DNA of 61,803 nucleotides from positions 1 through 61,803 of the forward strand of contig DATLBD010000141.1 of the NCBI GenBank assembly GCA_035527135.1. The letters are read 5' to 3'. Shown piece after piece: positions 1 through 11,642 of this stretch. Within the stretch, counting starts at the first letter, position 1. The number at the start of each line of letters is the position of its first letter. The position numbers and the translations under genes are program-made. Below the pieces are notes generated by a model. The model searched no databases. It saw nothing but the letters and a program-made list of their open reading frames with translations, and was not told the origin of the DNA. Source of the DNA: Methanothrix sp. GTDB taxonomy: Archaea; Halobacteriota; Methanosarcinia; Methanotrichales; Methanotrichaceae.

Positions 1-123
1 ATGGGCGACGCCGATGACATTGCTCAATGGATGAAGTCTGTCGAACATTGGCAGAGATTCCAGAAAAAGGAAGTATTCGCGGTGCTGCTCGATCATCTGG
101 TCTATGGCAGAAGGACTGACTGA
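1..123 (+). CDS. probable 3' end of a gene entering the window (MGDADDIAQWMKSVEHWQRFQKKEVFAVLLDHLVYGRRTD*), product unknown
   Basis: Open frame from base 1 to TGA 121-123 with protein-like composition; too short to assign a family. Confidence 0.45.
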   Translation: MGDADDIAQWMKSVEHWQRFQKKEVFAVLLDHLVYGRRTD

Positions 124-494
124 TCATATCTGGACTATCAAGGAGCTAATGGCATTCAAGATATCAATTCAATGATGTGCGTACACGACCCATTTTTTCA
201 TATCTTTTTCAAATCCATCATGATTCGGGATTTCTTTTGCGCATAACTTTTTCTCTTCTCCACCACCTCCAGTGCTCTTCCCCATCCCCATAAATCGATT
301 CCTGGATTTTGGTCCAAACTCAAAATGCCAAGCCCAGGGGGGCGATCAAGCGGTCTGGTGAGCTTGATGGCTATTCAGATTAAATGCCTCAATTGCTGAG
401 ATGCTCAGAGAGTTTTTATAGTCAAATGACGAATATTAGATCATATTAGATCGTTGAAAACGCGAATGATGGCAAAAAGATTTGGAGGCATAAA

Positions 495-1190
495 TTGATG
501 AAGAGACTCATGATCATTTCCCTGCTGCTCATAATCATCTTTTCAGTGTATCCATCTCCAGGGCAGCCTGTGAATGATTCTAGCAACGAGACGGCTTTGC
601 AAGAGGCATCGGCTGCGCTCTCTAATGAAAGCGAACCCACCCCCGTTCCCAGCCTGAGCTACATCTGGTCGGTATCGGGAATTGAGAGTGACCAGGTGAC
701 AATGGTACTAAGCCAGGATGGTAGCGACCTCTACGGCCAGGCTAAATTCGAACCTGATAGCGGCCAGGCCTGGAATGCCATCGTCATCGGTTCTGTAGAG
801 AGAGAAAAGGTCTACCTGGTACTGACCGCCCTCAAGGACACAGTGCAATTTTCCAGTCGGCTGACGGGGACTTATGATGCTGCCAGCGGGTTGATCCGGG
901 GCGACATTTTGCAGGTGAGCAATGGAAATATCTCTTTGCGATCGGAATTCCAAGCCATGTGGATCAATCCCGACATCTCCAGCTACGCTGCTGCACAAGT
1001 AGCACTGCCCAGGACTGAAGAATCGGCCTTCGGCCAGGAGACAAATGCCACCGTGCAGAAGGCAAAAGAGAGCTTAGAGCTCGAATCCAGCCAGAAATCC
1101 AGGTACTATGATGTGCGCCAGGATGCCGACAGGATCTTGACTGGGGTAGGAGATATTAGCCAGATACCGATAGGAATGAGCGGATTGTAG
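495..1190 (+). CDS. secreted hypothetical protein
   Basis: Signal peptide (MKRLMIISLLLIIIF), GGAGG upstream, beta-rich body, TATA-like TTTTTATA near 414. Confidence 0.75.
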   Translation: MMKRLMIISLLLIIIFSVYPSPGQPVNDSSNETALQEASAALSNESEPTPVPSLSYIWSVSGIESDQVTMVLSQDGSDLYGQAKFEPDSGQAWNAIVIGSVEREKVYLVLTALKDTVQFSSRLTGTYDAASGLIRGDILQVSNGNISLRSEFQAMWINPDISSYAAAQVALPRTEESAFGQETNATVQKAKESLELESSQKSRYYDVRQDADRILTGVGDISQIPIGMSGL

Positions 1191-1266
1191 AATAGGATCT
1201 TCGCTGTGTCATTTGGGTGCATTCGCAGATCGCGGCTTGTGCTCTTTGTGAACCTCGTGAGAAAGC

Positions 1267-1809
1267 TCACAAAGCACGCACAAAGACGATCGTGAAATCT
1301 AGACCAACGCAATCTGATCCCGACAAGCGCAGGAGAGCGAACGAGACATTACAATAATCCGTATCGAAATTTCTCCTTACCAGGGCCTTTTGATAGGAAG
1401 GATTGATCTGAGTGGCTCTCTTGTATGCCTGGACGGCTGTGTAGTAGTATCCCTTAATGTCATAAATTACGCCCATGTTGTACCAGGCCTCAGCATAAGA
1501 CTCATTGATCGTTACTGCATTCTTAAAAGACTGCAGCGCCTCGTCGTACCTTCCTAAGATACCCTCGTCAATTCCTTTGTTGTTCCAGGCCTCGAAATCA
1601 TTTGGATCCAGCTCGAGAGCCTTATTGTAGGCCTCCAGGGATTCATTGTATTTTTCCTGATTGCAAAGATCAAAACCCTTCATAAACCAATTGATAGTGG
1701 TTTCATTTTCTCCAGCACAGGCTGGAGCCGTGAAAGCCCAAATCAGCGCTAAAGTAACCAGCACTAAGGAGACATATCGCGATCTGCAATTCGTTTTTCT
1801 TCCCTCCAC
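1267..1809 (-). CDS. secreted tetratricopeptide repeat protein
   Basis: Signal peptide then TPR motifs (YNKALELDPNDFEAWNNKG, YAEAWYNMG); C-terminus possibly frameshifted. Confidence 0.8.
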   Translation of the reverse strand: MEGRKTNCRSRYVSLVLVTLALIWAFTAPACAGENETTINWFMKGFDLCNQEKYNESLEAYNKALELDPNDFEAWNNKGIDEGILGRYDEALQSFKNAVTINESYAEAWYNMGVIYDIKGYYYTAVQAYKRATQINPSYQKALVRRNFDTDYCNVSFALLRLSGSDCVGLDFTIVFVRAL

Positions 1810-1864
1810 GTCAGCCTACTCATTCACCAGTAAAGATAAAGCTTCTGCATATTTATCTCATGCT

Positions 1865-4034
<2,170 letters not shown>

Positions 4035-4143
4035 AAAATGAAAATGTTTCAGAATTGTTACCCATTGCCAACTATCCATTGCCTCGAAAAAGGCCTTTAC
4101 CGACGGAAAGCTTTATGGATACCTGAAGGATAATGCAAACCCT

Positions 4144-4617
4144 ATGAGACATATTATACTTGTGCTAATTGCTCTGGTGGCTCTCGGTGGGCTGTTGCCT
4201 ACTATTATAGCCGCACCTGTAGCACCAGTTTTATTAGATAACCCCGCCGCTATGCCAGAACCAGCTGAAACCTCCCTGTTGACCACACCTTCTATGGCCG
4301 CCTTCCTCAATGATAGCTGGACGCCAAGCACATTCGTAGCTCCACTGGCAAGCCAGGCGACAGGGGTGTTGAAGAACATGACCCGCAATAACACCACCCA
4401 AGAAAGCTCTACCTATGCCATTTACGATTTCCTGAATGACAATTACACTTCACCCGCTCCCGCGTCTCCCATCTATACAGCCAGCGCAGCCGGAAAGGAT
4501 AAGAAAATAGCCTGGACCGGCGAGAGCATCTATCAGTTCTTGAATGATGCATGGACTCCTTCCACACCTGTCGAGACATACGAGCAGTCTCCATTCAAGA
4601 TGCACGAGATGAACTAA
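4144..4617 (+). CDS. secreted hypothetical protein with three FLNDx(W/Y)T repeats
   Basis: Signal peptide; repeats FLNDSWTPS, FLNDNYTSP, FLNDAWTPS. Confidence 0.75.
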   Translation: MRHIILVLIALVALGGLLPTIIAAPVAPVLLDNPAAMPEPAETSLLTTPSMAAFLNDSWTPSTFVAPLASQATGVLKNMTRNNTTQESSTYAIYDFLNDNYTSPAPASPIYTASAAGKDKKIAWTGESIYQFLNDAWTPSTPVETYEQSPFKMHEMN

Positions 4618-4634
4618 TATCAATTAGATTCGCA

Positions 4635-4683
4635 TGACAGGTGCTCTTTTGGGTCACCTGTCAGACGAAAATTTATCTTTTTT
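4635..4683 (+). terminator. hairpin plus T-tract, putative terminator between convergent genes
   Basis: TGACAGGTG (4635-4643) / CACCTGTCA (4655-4663) inverted repeat followed by a T run. Confidence 0.5.
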
Positions 4684-4801
4684 AAAAGCTTGCCGGCCAG
4701 CTCAATGTTATTACCTCTTCGGAATGGCTTTCGGCAAAATGTTGAGAGACGGTTGAAGAAGGTGGTTGAGGATATTAGTGCTCATTTGAAGATCTTTGCT
4801 C

Positions 4802-6550
4802 TCACGCCTTTTTGCCTGTATACCTCTTGAGATAGAGGCTCACCACATCATAGGGAATGGTATACTTCTCCAGCCTGAGATGATTGGCCAGGGCCTCAGC
4901 TTCTTTGCCATAAGAGCCGGCGACCTTTTCTGCGTACTTTATGCCTTCAGCAGTGAGCATGTATTCGTATCGCTGCAGCCACTGACAATTCCGCTCATAG
5001 TGTCGCTCGTCCTGATAGATCATGCCGCTGGCCACAAGGATCTGAATATCTTCGAAGAGCCTCTCGCTGTAGGGAAAGCCATAGTCAGTGTGAAAGGTGT
5101 AGTCAAAAAGGCTAGAGAGGCCAGTTGCCCCCAGATCCTTTATCCTGGCCACGGTCCGGTAGAGCCAGGTTATGTTTCTGATCCGAGGAACGAGGATCTT
5201 CTGGCCGTAAGTCTCGGACAGCATCTGGTGCAGGGTATAAAACAGCAACAGCATCCCGTCGATGGGAAGGTAGCTCTCAGAGCGAATAAAGGTGAGTATT
5301 CTCTCAGCCTGCTCTCGCACCTCTTGCAGTGATATCTCCGGCCTATCGTCCGAGAAGAAAGAGATAGCGATCTGGCGGGTCAAAGACTTGACAAGACCCG
5401 ACGCCAAGGCTGACTCGTCATAAAGAAATCCATTCGCCTCTGTTCTCATGGATCGCGGCACTCCGCTGCCCACTGTTACATCCACCAATGCCCCGTATTT
5501 TTTGCTGAGGGCGTCCTCGAAGAGCTTTCTCATGCGTCCGTGGCGGGAGATCGTGGAGAGAGCCATTCTGATATCAGGCGACAGAGACCTGTGGTCGAAC
5601 CTGGCCACCAGGGGAAAAACTCTTCCGTATTTAATGCGCGCAAGGAGATCTCGAGAGGTGCTGTCACCCTTCTGCCAGATGAAATCCAGAAGGTCGGGAT
5701 CCGTATATTCTTGGAAGAATAGAACAATTCTGCTCCTAGCCTCATCCGCATCCATCTTGCTCAGGACACGCTCCAATGAGGCCAGCAGCATGGCCCTGAT
5801 GGACTGGACGGCTGGATGGTAGATGAGTGCATTGTAGTGATGAGCACGGGCAATGAGCATCGACTCAGCCGCGGTCTGGGACATCTCGGCCCGATAGTCG
5901 CCCTGCCCCGCCAGCACAATGCGGCCACCGTTAATGGTGAGGGCCTGCAGAATCTGATCAGTATCGACCAGCCCTAAAGAGACGCCCGAGTGGTGCGAAT
6001 CACGCAGAAGAAAGTCAATTCTGTCCGCATCCAAATCACCCACGATAATCTGGCCCAGGGGCGGCCTGTCTCCTAAAGCTATGTCCGCGACCTGGTTGAA
6101 CAATTCGTCCGCATTACCAAAATCCCTTTCCGCGACCTGTAAGGCCTCTTCTCCGAAGGTGTGGGCCTCTATGATTTGACGGGTGAACTGTTCATGTCTG
6201 AAAACGCGCCTGCCTGCCAGGGTGGGCTGTATGTCCGGGTTTCGGCTGAGAACGCCCTCCACGGCATGAGAGAGTGCCGAATGCCCCAGATCGTGCAAAA
6301 GCCCGGCCAGTCGCACTTTTCGAATCTCTTCCCCAGAAAGGCCCAAGTGCTCGGCCATCCGCCCGGCCATGTACATGGTTCCTATGGAATGCTCGAGCCT
6401 GCTATGGCTCGCACCGGGATAGACCGTCTCCACCAGACCCAGCTGCTTAATCCCCTTCAGTCGCTGCACCGGCTGGGACTGGATGAGACGGCCTTCCAGT
6501 TCATCTATCTGGATAGCCCCATGAACGGGGTCGCGAAGAGTGCCAGGCAT
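4802..6550 (-). CDS. HD-domain phosphohydrolase (dNTPase/YwfO-like) with C-terminal extension
   Basis: RDPVHG, QRL..IKQLG, YPGASHSRLEHSIG, LLHDLGH, DADRIDFLLRDS. Confidence 0.88.
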   Translation of the reverse strand: MPGTLRDPVHGAIQIDELEGRLIQSQPVQRLKGIKQLGLVETVYPGASHSRLEHSIGTMYMAGRMAEHLGLSGEEIRKVRLAGLLHDLGHSALSHAVEGVLSRNPDIQPTLAGRRVFRHEQFTRQIIEAHTFGEEALQVAERDFGNADELFNQVADIALGDRPPLGQIIVGDLDADRIDFLLRDSHHSGVSLGLVDTDQILQALTINGGRIVLAGQGDYRAEMSQTAAESMLIARAHHYNALIYHPAVQSIRAMLLASLERVLSKMDADEARSRIVLFFQEYTDPDLLDFIWQKGDSTSRDLLARIKYGRVFPLVARFDHRSLSPDIRMALSTISRHGRMRKLFEDALSKKYGALVDVTVGSGVPRSMRTEANGFLYDESALASGLVKSLTRQIAISFFSDDRPEISLQEVREQAERILTFIRSESYLPIDGMLLLFYTLHQMLSETYGQKILVPRIRNITWLYRTVARIKDLGATGLSSLFDYTFHTDYGFPYSERLFEDIQILVASGMIYQDERHYERNCQWLQRYEYMLTAEGIKYAEKVAGSYGKEAEALANHLRLEKYTIPYDVVSLYLKRYTGKKA

Positions 6551-6661
6551 GCTTACTAAAAGATGACCTGATTAAAAATCCTGCCGGCAATAAAGAGGGG
6601 CTTTGCCCCTCCAGTACCGGAATTACTGCAATTGATGCTATTGATGCAATTTTAAGATGGC

Positions 6662-7060
6662 CTATTTTGAGGCCAGCTTCAATATAGCTGCTGCCAGGTC
6701 GCCTTTTGCCTCCTGCAGGGCAGCTTTTGCATCTGCCAAATTCGCGCCCGTTTGAGCTGCTACCAGCTGCACGTCCGAGTCCGGGATCTCAATCTGGGGC
6801 TCTTCTGCAGTCTCCTGGTCCGCGCTGGATACGGCGCGCTCAGTTGCATCGCCTGATATCTGATAGCTTCGCTGGCCGTGGGCATCCATAATCGCGACAG
6901 AGGCGTTCACTATAACAATCTCCCTGTCGGGCATGCGAATTATGACCTCAGAAACGTTATCAAGCTCTTCGATATCTATGCCCATGTTCTTTAGCATGCC
7001 CTTCATCTTCTTGGGGCTCATGCCGCCCCTTCCGCCTAGTCCTCCGAGTCCTGGAAACAT
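6662..7060 (-). CDS. nac: archaeal nascent polypeptide-associated complex protein
   Basis: MKGMLKNMGI NAC domain and C-terminal UBA-like DVQLVAAQTG..AL...GDLAAAI. Confidence 0.92.
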   Translation of the reverse strand: MFPGLGGLGGRGGMSPKKMKGMLKNMGIDIEELDNVSEVIIRMPDREIVIVNASVAIMDAHGQRSYQISGDATERAVSSADQETAEEPQIEIPDSDVQLVAAQTGANLADAKAALQEAKGDLAAAILKLASK

Positions 7061-7367
7061 ATAATCACCATTTTTCTGGAGGTGATTTATTGTTAGTAAA
7101 GATATCTGTCATTATCGTCCCTGGCTAAACAAGTGCAAAGCAGGCGGGCGGTACTTTCTTGGCTATTATTGAGAAACTGGGCTTCTCAACTTAAAGAGAT
7201 GGGCTGCCCTAAATGAAGCTGAGCCAGGAAGCCAGGAGGCTGTCTTCGAGGTAATATTTACTCGTCCCCCATTCCTATGATTAATAACAATAATAATCTA
7301 TTTAATATTTGAAAGATGGAAAGATTCATATTTCAATCTTTCATTGAGCAGGATTCGGAGGAATTTA

Positions 7368-8033
7368 GTGAAAACTTCAAGCTTTTTGGCAATAGCTCTT
7401 TTGCTATCTGTCCTAACAGCAATTGCATGTGCATCAGAGGAAAAAAGCGGCATTACAGGCGAGCAGGCCCTGCAAAATCTCATGGAAGGAAATGCTCGAT
7501 ATGCTTCAGGCAATGCCAGCCATCCCGATCAATCCGTGGAACGTCGCTCTGAGCTGATCGCCGGCCAGCATCCCTTTGCCGTCATCGTTGGATGCTCCGA
7601 TTCCAGAGTTCCCCCGGAAGTGATCTTCGATCAGGGTCTAGGAGATATCTTTGTGATCAGGACTGCAGGCCAGGTTCTGGATGATGTGGCCATAGGCAGC
7701 ATCGAGTACGCCGTCGAGCATCTGGCCGTGCCATTGGTGGTAGTCCTTGGCCACGACAGCTGCGGTGCTGTCACGGCTGCCGTTATGGGTGGCGAAGCGG
7801 AAGGCCATTTGGACAGCATTGTCAATTTCATAGAGCCCGCGGTGGATGATGCCAGGGAAATGGGAAACGCTAGCGATCTGCTCAACAATTCCATCGATAA
7901 TAATGTCTACAACATTGTGGATGAGCTGAAGGACTCCCAGCCGATCTTATCGGAAAAAGTCGAGAATGGCGAGCTGTTGATTGTGGGAGCACGCTACCAT
8001 CTGGATTCAGGGGAAGTGGAGACTTTCGAGTAA
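7368..8033 (+). CDS. beta-class carbonic anhydrase with signal peptide
   Basis: GCSDSRV and LGHDSCGAV zinc-ligand motifs; GTG 7368 preceded by GGAGG; hydrophobic leader. Confidence 0.9.
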   Translation: MKTSSFLAIALLLSVLTAIACASEEKSGITGEQALQNLMEGNARYASGNASHPDQSVERRSELIAGQHPFAVIVGCSDSRVPPEVIFDQGLGDIFVIRTAGQVLDDVAIGSIEYAVEHLAVPLVVVLGHDSCGAVTAAVMGGEAEGHLDSIVNFIEPAVDDAREMGNASDLLNNSIDNNVYNIVDELKDSQPILSEKVENGELLIVGARYHLDSGEVETFE

Positions 8034-8468
8034 ATAATCTTGAAATGGGGCGCTCTTGGGATCGTTTAGAATCGCCAACGTGCCCTTCATTTTTATTGTT
8101 CAAACTGAGATCTCCTGAGAGACGATAGTGTTTAGCAGCGCGATGATTAGCTTTTTAACTGATTCCTTGTCGTCGAAATTTATCTTATCCGGATCAATGT
8201 TGATCATGCTCTCTTTAATAATAATAGATATTATTTAATATATTGAGTGATTAATTAATTATATTTTCTAGTCTATTCCAGATTTGATAATATATATCCT
8301 TCGGTGAGTTCGTGAGCTGAAGAAATCAAATGAAAAAATGGTTACTGCTTAGGCCGGAGTCTTGGTTATGATATATAAACGATTTTCCCCTAAATGCCAT
8401 GAGGATAGCGTTTAAATTCTCTAACAGATAACCCTTGGCAATTACCACAATCTATCTGAATTGTTGAG

Positions 8469-9044
8469 GTGATGCATATAACCAGCAAGTCGTGGCTAAT
8501 AATAGTGGCATTGGCTCTGATCGTAGGAGCTTTGTTATTTTTCGAGAGTCCCCCCTCATCTATATCCACAGAGAGCAATAAGGCGACAGGCATTCCGGAG
8601 GACTATTACTTTAGCTTGAAGGCCGCCGACATAGATAGCCCTATTGAACTGGTCCGCTTTGCAGCCAGCATCAAGCCGGATGCAAGCGGCATGGATATCC
8701 CAAAAAGAGTTGCTTACTACCAATGGTATCTGAAGAATCGGGGCTTTAATGTGAGCTTTGCCTACAACGACAATTTCCGAAATCAGGGCGATGAACACGT
8801 CTGGCTCTTAGTGAAAAATTTGCAGGGTGAAAGCATGTATGTGGATCCCAGCTCAGACCGAATGAAAGCCGATTCCATATGTCCCACAACACCCGAATAC
8901 AAGGCCTATCAAAAAACGTTTAAGGACATCAGTGAGCTATGCAGCCACACAGGAGGCTTAGAAAAATACGCCTGGTGGAAGACTGGCCGCGGCAAGGAGC
9001 TATTTGATAGCAGCATTATGCTGCTGAAAAAGGAGCAGCTTTAA
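8469..9044 (+). CDS. membrane-anchored or secreted hypothetical protein
   Basis: N-terminal hydrophobic helix; HVWLLV..YVDP faintly resembles transglutaminase-like folds but no catalytic Cys is seen. Confidence 0.7.
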   Translation: MMHITSKSWLIIVALALIVGALLFFESPPSSISTESNKATGIPEDYYFSLKAADIDSPIELVRFAASIKPDASGMDIPKRVAYYQWYLKNRGFNVSFAYNDNFRNQGDEHVWLLVKNLQGESMYVDPSSDRMKADSICPTTPEYKAYQKTFKDISELCSHTGGLEKYAWWKTGRGKELFDSSIMLLKKEQL

Positions 9045-9184
9045 GCCGGCCATCCCACTGAGCCCAGACGATAGCGGATGATAAGGTTTTAACTGGCCAT
9101 CCTCTTTGATATGAAAATGCCCTTTATACCGGGAGCATTTTCATCCTCATGGATGTCCAAACGGACATGAGCGTTTCTTTTCTT

Positions 9185-9748
9185 TCAGTCTCTTTGTGCT
9201 GCTCGGGCCGCCAGCCGGGCTACTCTCACCGGCTCTGGTACCCGGCCGTCTCGCGTGAATTTGTTGAGCAGGACTCTTGCCTCCTCGGGCGAGGCTCCCA
9301 GGGCCCGGACGAAGACCTCATAGCCCGTCTTGAGTCGGACAGGCTGGCGCGCTCCCAGGCCCTGGTAGCGATGAAGCTTCTCCTCCGGGCTTGAGAAATA
9401 CTCTCGAATATATTTTTCTAGGCCAGGCGATTCTTCGTAGGTCAGACAAATCAAAGGCCTTTTCGTTTTTTCGAAGACCTCCTGCAGGTCGATGATGTTA
9501 AACCAGCTTATGACTGCGCCGCTTAAAATCAGGGCATTCACATCAGCCCGGTCAAGTTGCCGGTAAAGGCTGAGCACGGCCTCTGTTGCATCATCACCGC
9601 CCACGGTGGCATGGGCATAGGTCAGTCCGTCCACGCGCAGGTCGGCACGCATAACCACGCCGGCTATTGTGGAGGTGGGGCGAGAGCGTACAAAGCTCTC
9701 CGCAATGCCTAGAGACCGCAAGCCTCGCTTGTTAAGATGGAGGGGCAT
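9185..9748 (-). CDS. DUF99 family (endonuclease V-like) protein
   Basis: GIAESF, TVGGDDAT, SWFNIID, GRVPEPVRVA motifs. Confidence 0.85.
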   Translation of the reverse strand: MPLHLNKRGLRSLGIAESFVRSRPTSTIAGVVMRADLRVDGLTYAHATVGGDDATEAVLSLYRQLDRADVNALILSGAVISWFNIIDLQEVFEKTKRPLICLTYEESPGLEKYIREYFSSPEEKLHRYQGLGARQPVRLKTGYEVFVRALGASPEEARVLLNKFTRDGRVPEPVRVARLAARAAQRD

Positions 9749-9826
9749 ACTTTTACCTCAGATTCTTCTTAGATTTCGTTTGAATTTTGAAATGATATTG
9801 TAGCTGCAAATCAATTCACATATCTG

Positions 9827-10129
9827 CTAATCTACCTTAATCCTGTGGGCCGCTCTCACTTTTTCTAGAATATCTCTCAGAGGAGAAGCCAGCTTTAAAA
9901 TGGCCTCGATACTCATCGGCTTTCCATCAAAAGATACTGCGTATTGCCCTGCTGGCTCTATGATGAGCATGGCCAAAGGTGTGATCTGAATTGCCTGGAT
10001 CCTGTCCTCACGGGTCTTTAGAATAGTGATTCTCATCACGGGCCAGATGGTTCTATCGCCTGCTTTTATCTCCTTGCCCACCTGCACCTGCATATCCGTC
10101 CCGAAAAGCCCCTTACTTCCCATAATCAA
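9827..10129 (-). CDS. GerW/YtfJ-like small protein
   Basis: VGKEIKAGDRTIWPV..ITPLAMLII resembles YtfJ; start overlaps the upstream gene's stop. Confidence 0.65.
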   Translation of the reverse strand: MIMGSKGLFGTDMQVQVGKEIKAGDRTIWPVMRITILKTREDRIQAIQITPLAMLIIEPAGQYAVSFDGKPMSIEAILKLASPLRDILEKVRAAHRIKVD

Positions 10130-10971
10130 GCCAACCCCAGCATCTCTCTAAAGAGCAACCTTATCTCCCTCTCCCGCAGGGCTTTGATCACGGCAAAGAC
10201 CGTATACAATAATCTGACTTCTATCTCTGCCATAAATTCTCCCTCCAGCCGCTCTCCTTCAAACCAAGGCTCAATGGAGATCTTTGGTCGAAAAGGGCCG
10301 AGCACGGATGCTATAGACCAGAGGTAGCCGCTGATAATAGCAGTTTGGGCTGGATCGTCCAGGCCAAAACATAAGTGGCAGGAGATCTTTTTAAAGAGGA
10401 TTGATTTAAGCACATCCAAGAGGATGTTTGCCAAGGCGGGAGCGGCATTGATCAGAGATCGAATTTTCGGAGTCCGCACGATACCTGTCTTCCGATTATC
10501 CTTTGGCTTGTTGATTTCGCTTCTTTCCTCCGTCTGTGCCCCTTTTTCGACCTCTTTTTCACGTCTCTCCTCCTCTTCGCTTCCGTCGCCTTTCCGTTCT
10601 TGCTCTCTGCCTTCCTCTTCCTCTCGGCTTTTCTTCTCTTCTTTGCCCTCTTCTTCTCCCTTGGATTTTTTTCCCTCTTTGGCTTGCACTTCCTTTTCCG
10701 CTTCCTCCTTCCAGAGGGACACCAGCAAATCCTCTATTGATTGGGGTGGAATCTCATCCTTCCCTAAAGTGAGCCCAAGCCAGGTCAATCTATAGCCCCC
10801 CTGTAGCAATGGTCCCTTCTTGCGAATATTCAGGGAGAGACGAATAGGAGCGACTAGGAAAATTACAAAAAGAAGGATAAAAAGCAAGAAAAATGTGGCC
10901 AAATAGTCCAGGGCGCTAAATGAGCCCAATGAACTTAAACTTTCAGCCGATAAAAGGGAAGAAAAATGCAT
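10126..10971 (-). CDS. DUF2953 (YtfI-like) membrane protein with charged low-complexity insert
   Basis: N-terminal TM; FGLDDPAQTAIISGYLW; flanked by YtfJ-like genes. Confidence 0.75.
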   Translation of the reverse strand: MHFSSLLSAESLSSLGSFSALDYLATFFLLFILLFVIFLVAPIRLSLNIRKKGPLLQGGYRLTWLGLTLGKDEIPPQSIEDLLVSLWKEEAEKEVQAKEGKKSKGEEEGKEEKKSREEEEGREQERKGDGSEEEERREKEVEKGAQTEERSEINKPKDNRKTGIVRTPKIRSLINAAPALANILLDVLKSILFKKISCHLCFGLDDPAQTAIISGYLWSIASVLGPFRPKISIEPWFEGERLEGEFMAEIEVRLLYTVFAVIKALREREIRLLFREMLGLA

Positions 10972-10991
10972 CCCTGAGCCTCAGGCGACAG

Positions 10992-11393
10992 CTACTCTAC
11001 GTTGATGGTAGCCATATTTTTAGCTCTTTTTTCTCGATACTCTTTATGGCTCATTATTTTCTCCATAACGATATGAGCAATGCTGGATACTGGTTCTTCC
11101 GGCGGCGACAGGGGAACAACCTTCACACCCTCCGGCCCAGCAATTCCTTTGAAGATTACTACAACGGCGACGGGAAAGACCCCTACTCCTCCACCCGCTC
11201 CGCATCTTGCCAGGTCTTCTGGGCTCGCATGTTGGCCCTTCCGGCCAATATCAGTGCCAAAGCCCATGCCCATCTTTGTTATGGGTATGATGATCTTGTC
11301 TTCCATCTCTATCGGCTCGCCGATTATGCTCTTGGTCGAAAGAGTTTCGAGGAGTTCATCGATAGTGGCTCTCATGGCGTCAACGCCTGGCAT
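10992..11393 (-). CDS. GerW/YtfJ family protein
   Basis: IIGEPI..IIIPITKMGMGFG..GAGGGVGVFPVAVVV. Confidence 0.85.
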   Translation of the reverse strand: MPGVDAMRATIDELLETLSTKSIIGEPIEMEDKIIIPITKMGMGFGTDIGRKGQHASPEDLARCGAGGGVGVFPVAVVVIFKGIAGPEGVKVVPLSPPEEPVSSIAHIVMEKIMSHKEYREKRAKNMATINVE

Positions 11394-11642
11394 CCATATC
11401 TCCTTTAATAACTATAGCCTCTGTATATATACATCTTTCTGCCTGGAAAATGAGAGAAAGCTTTGGATCAATGAAGCTACTGCAATTTGTAAGTCGCGAT
11501 TTTGAATCGTGAGAGTAGGACAATGGGAAACAGCCAAGAGCCTAAAAAAAGGCCAGCTCCCACAAAAGAAACAAAGACGCACCAAAATTAAAAAGAAAAA
11601 TATCCTGCAAGTCCGCTCGACCTGCAGGCTCTCTCATCTCTT

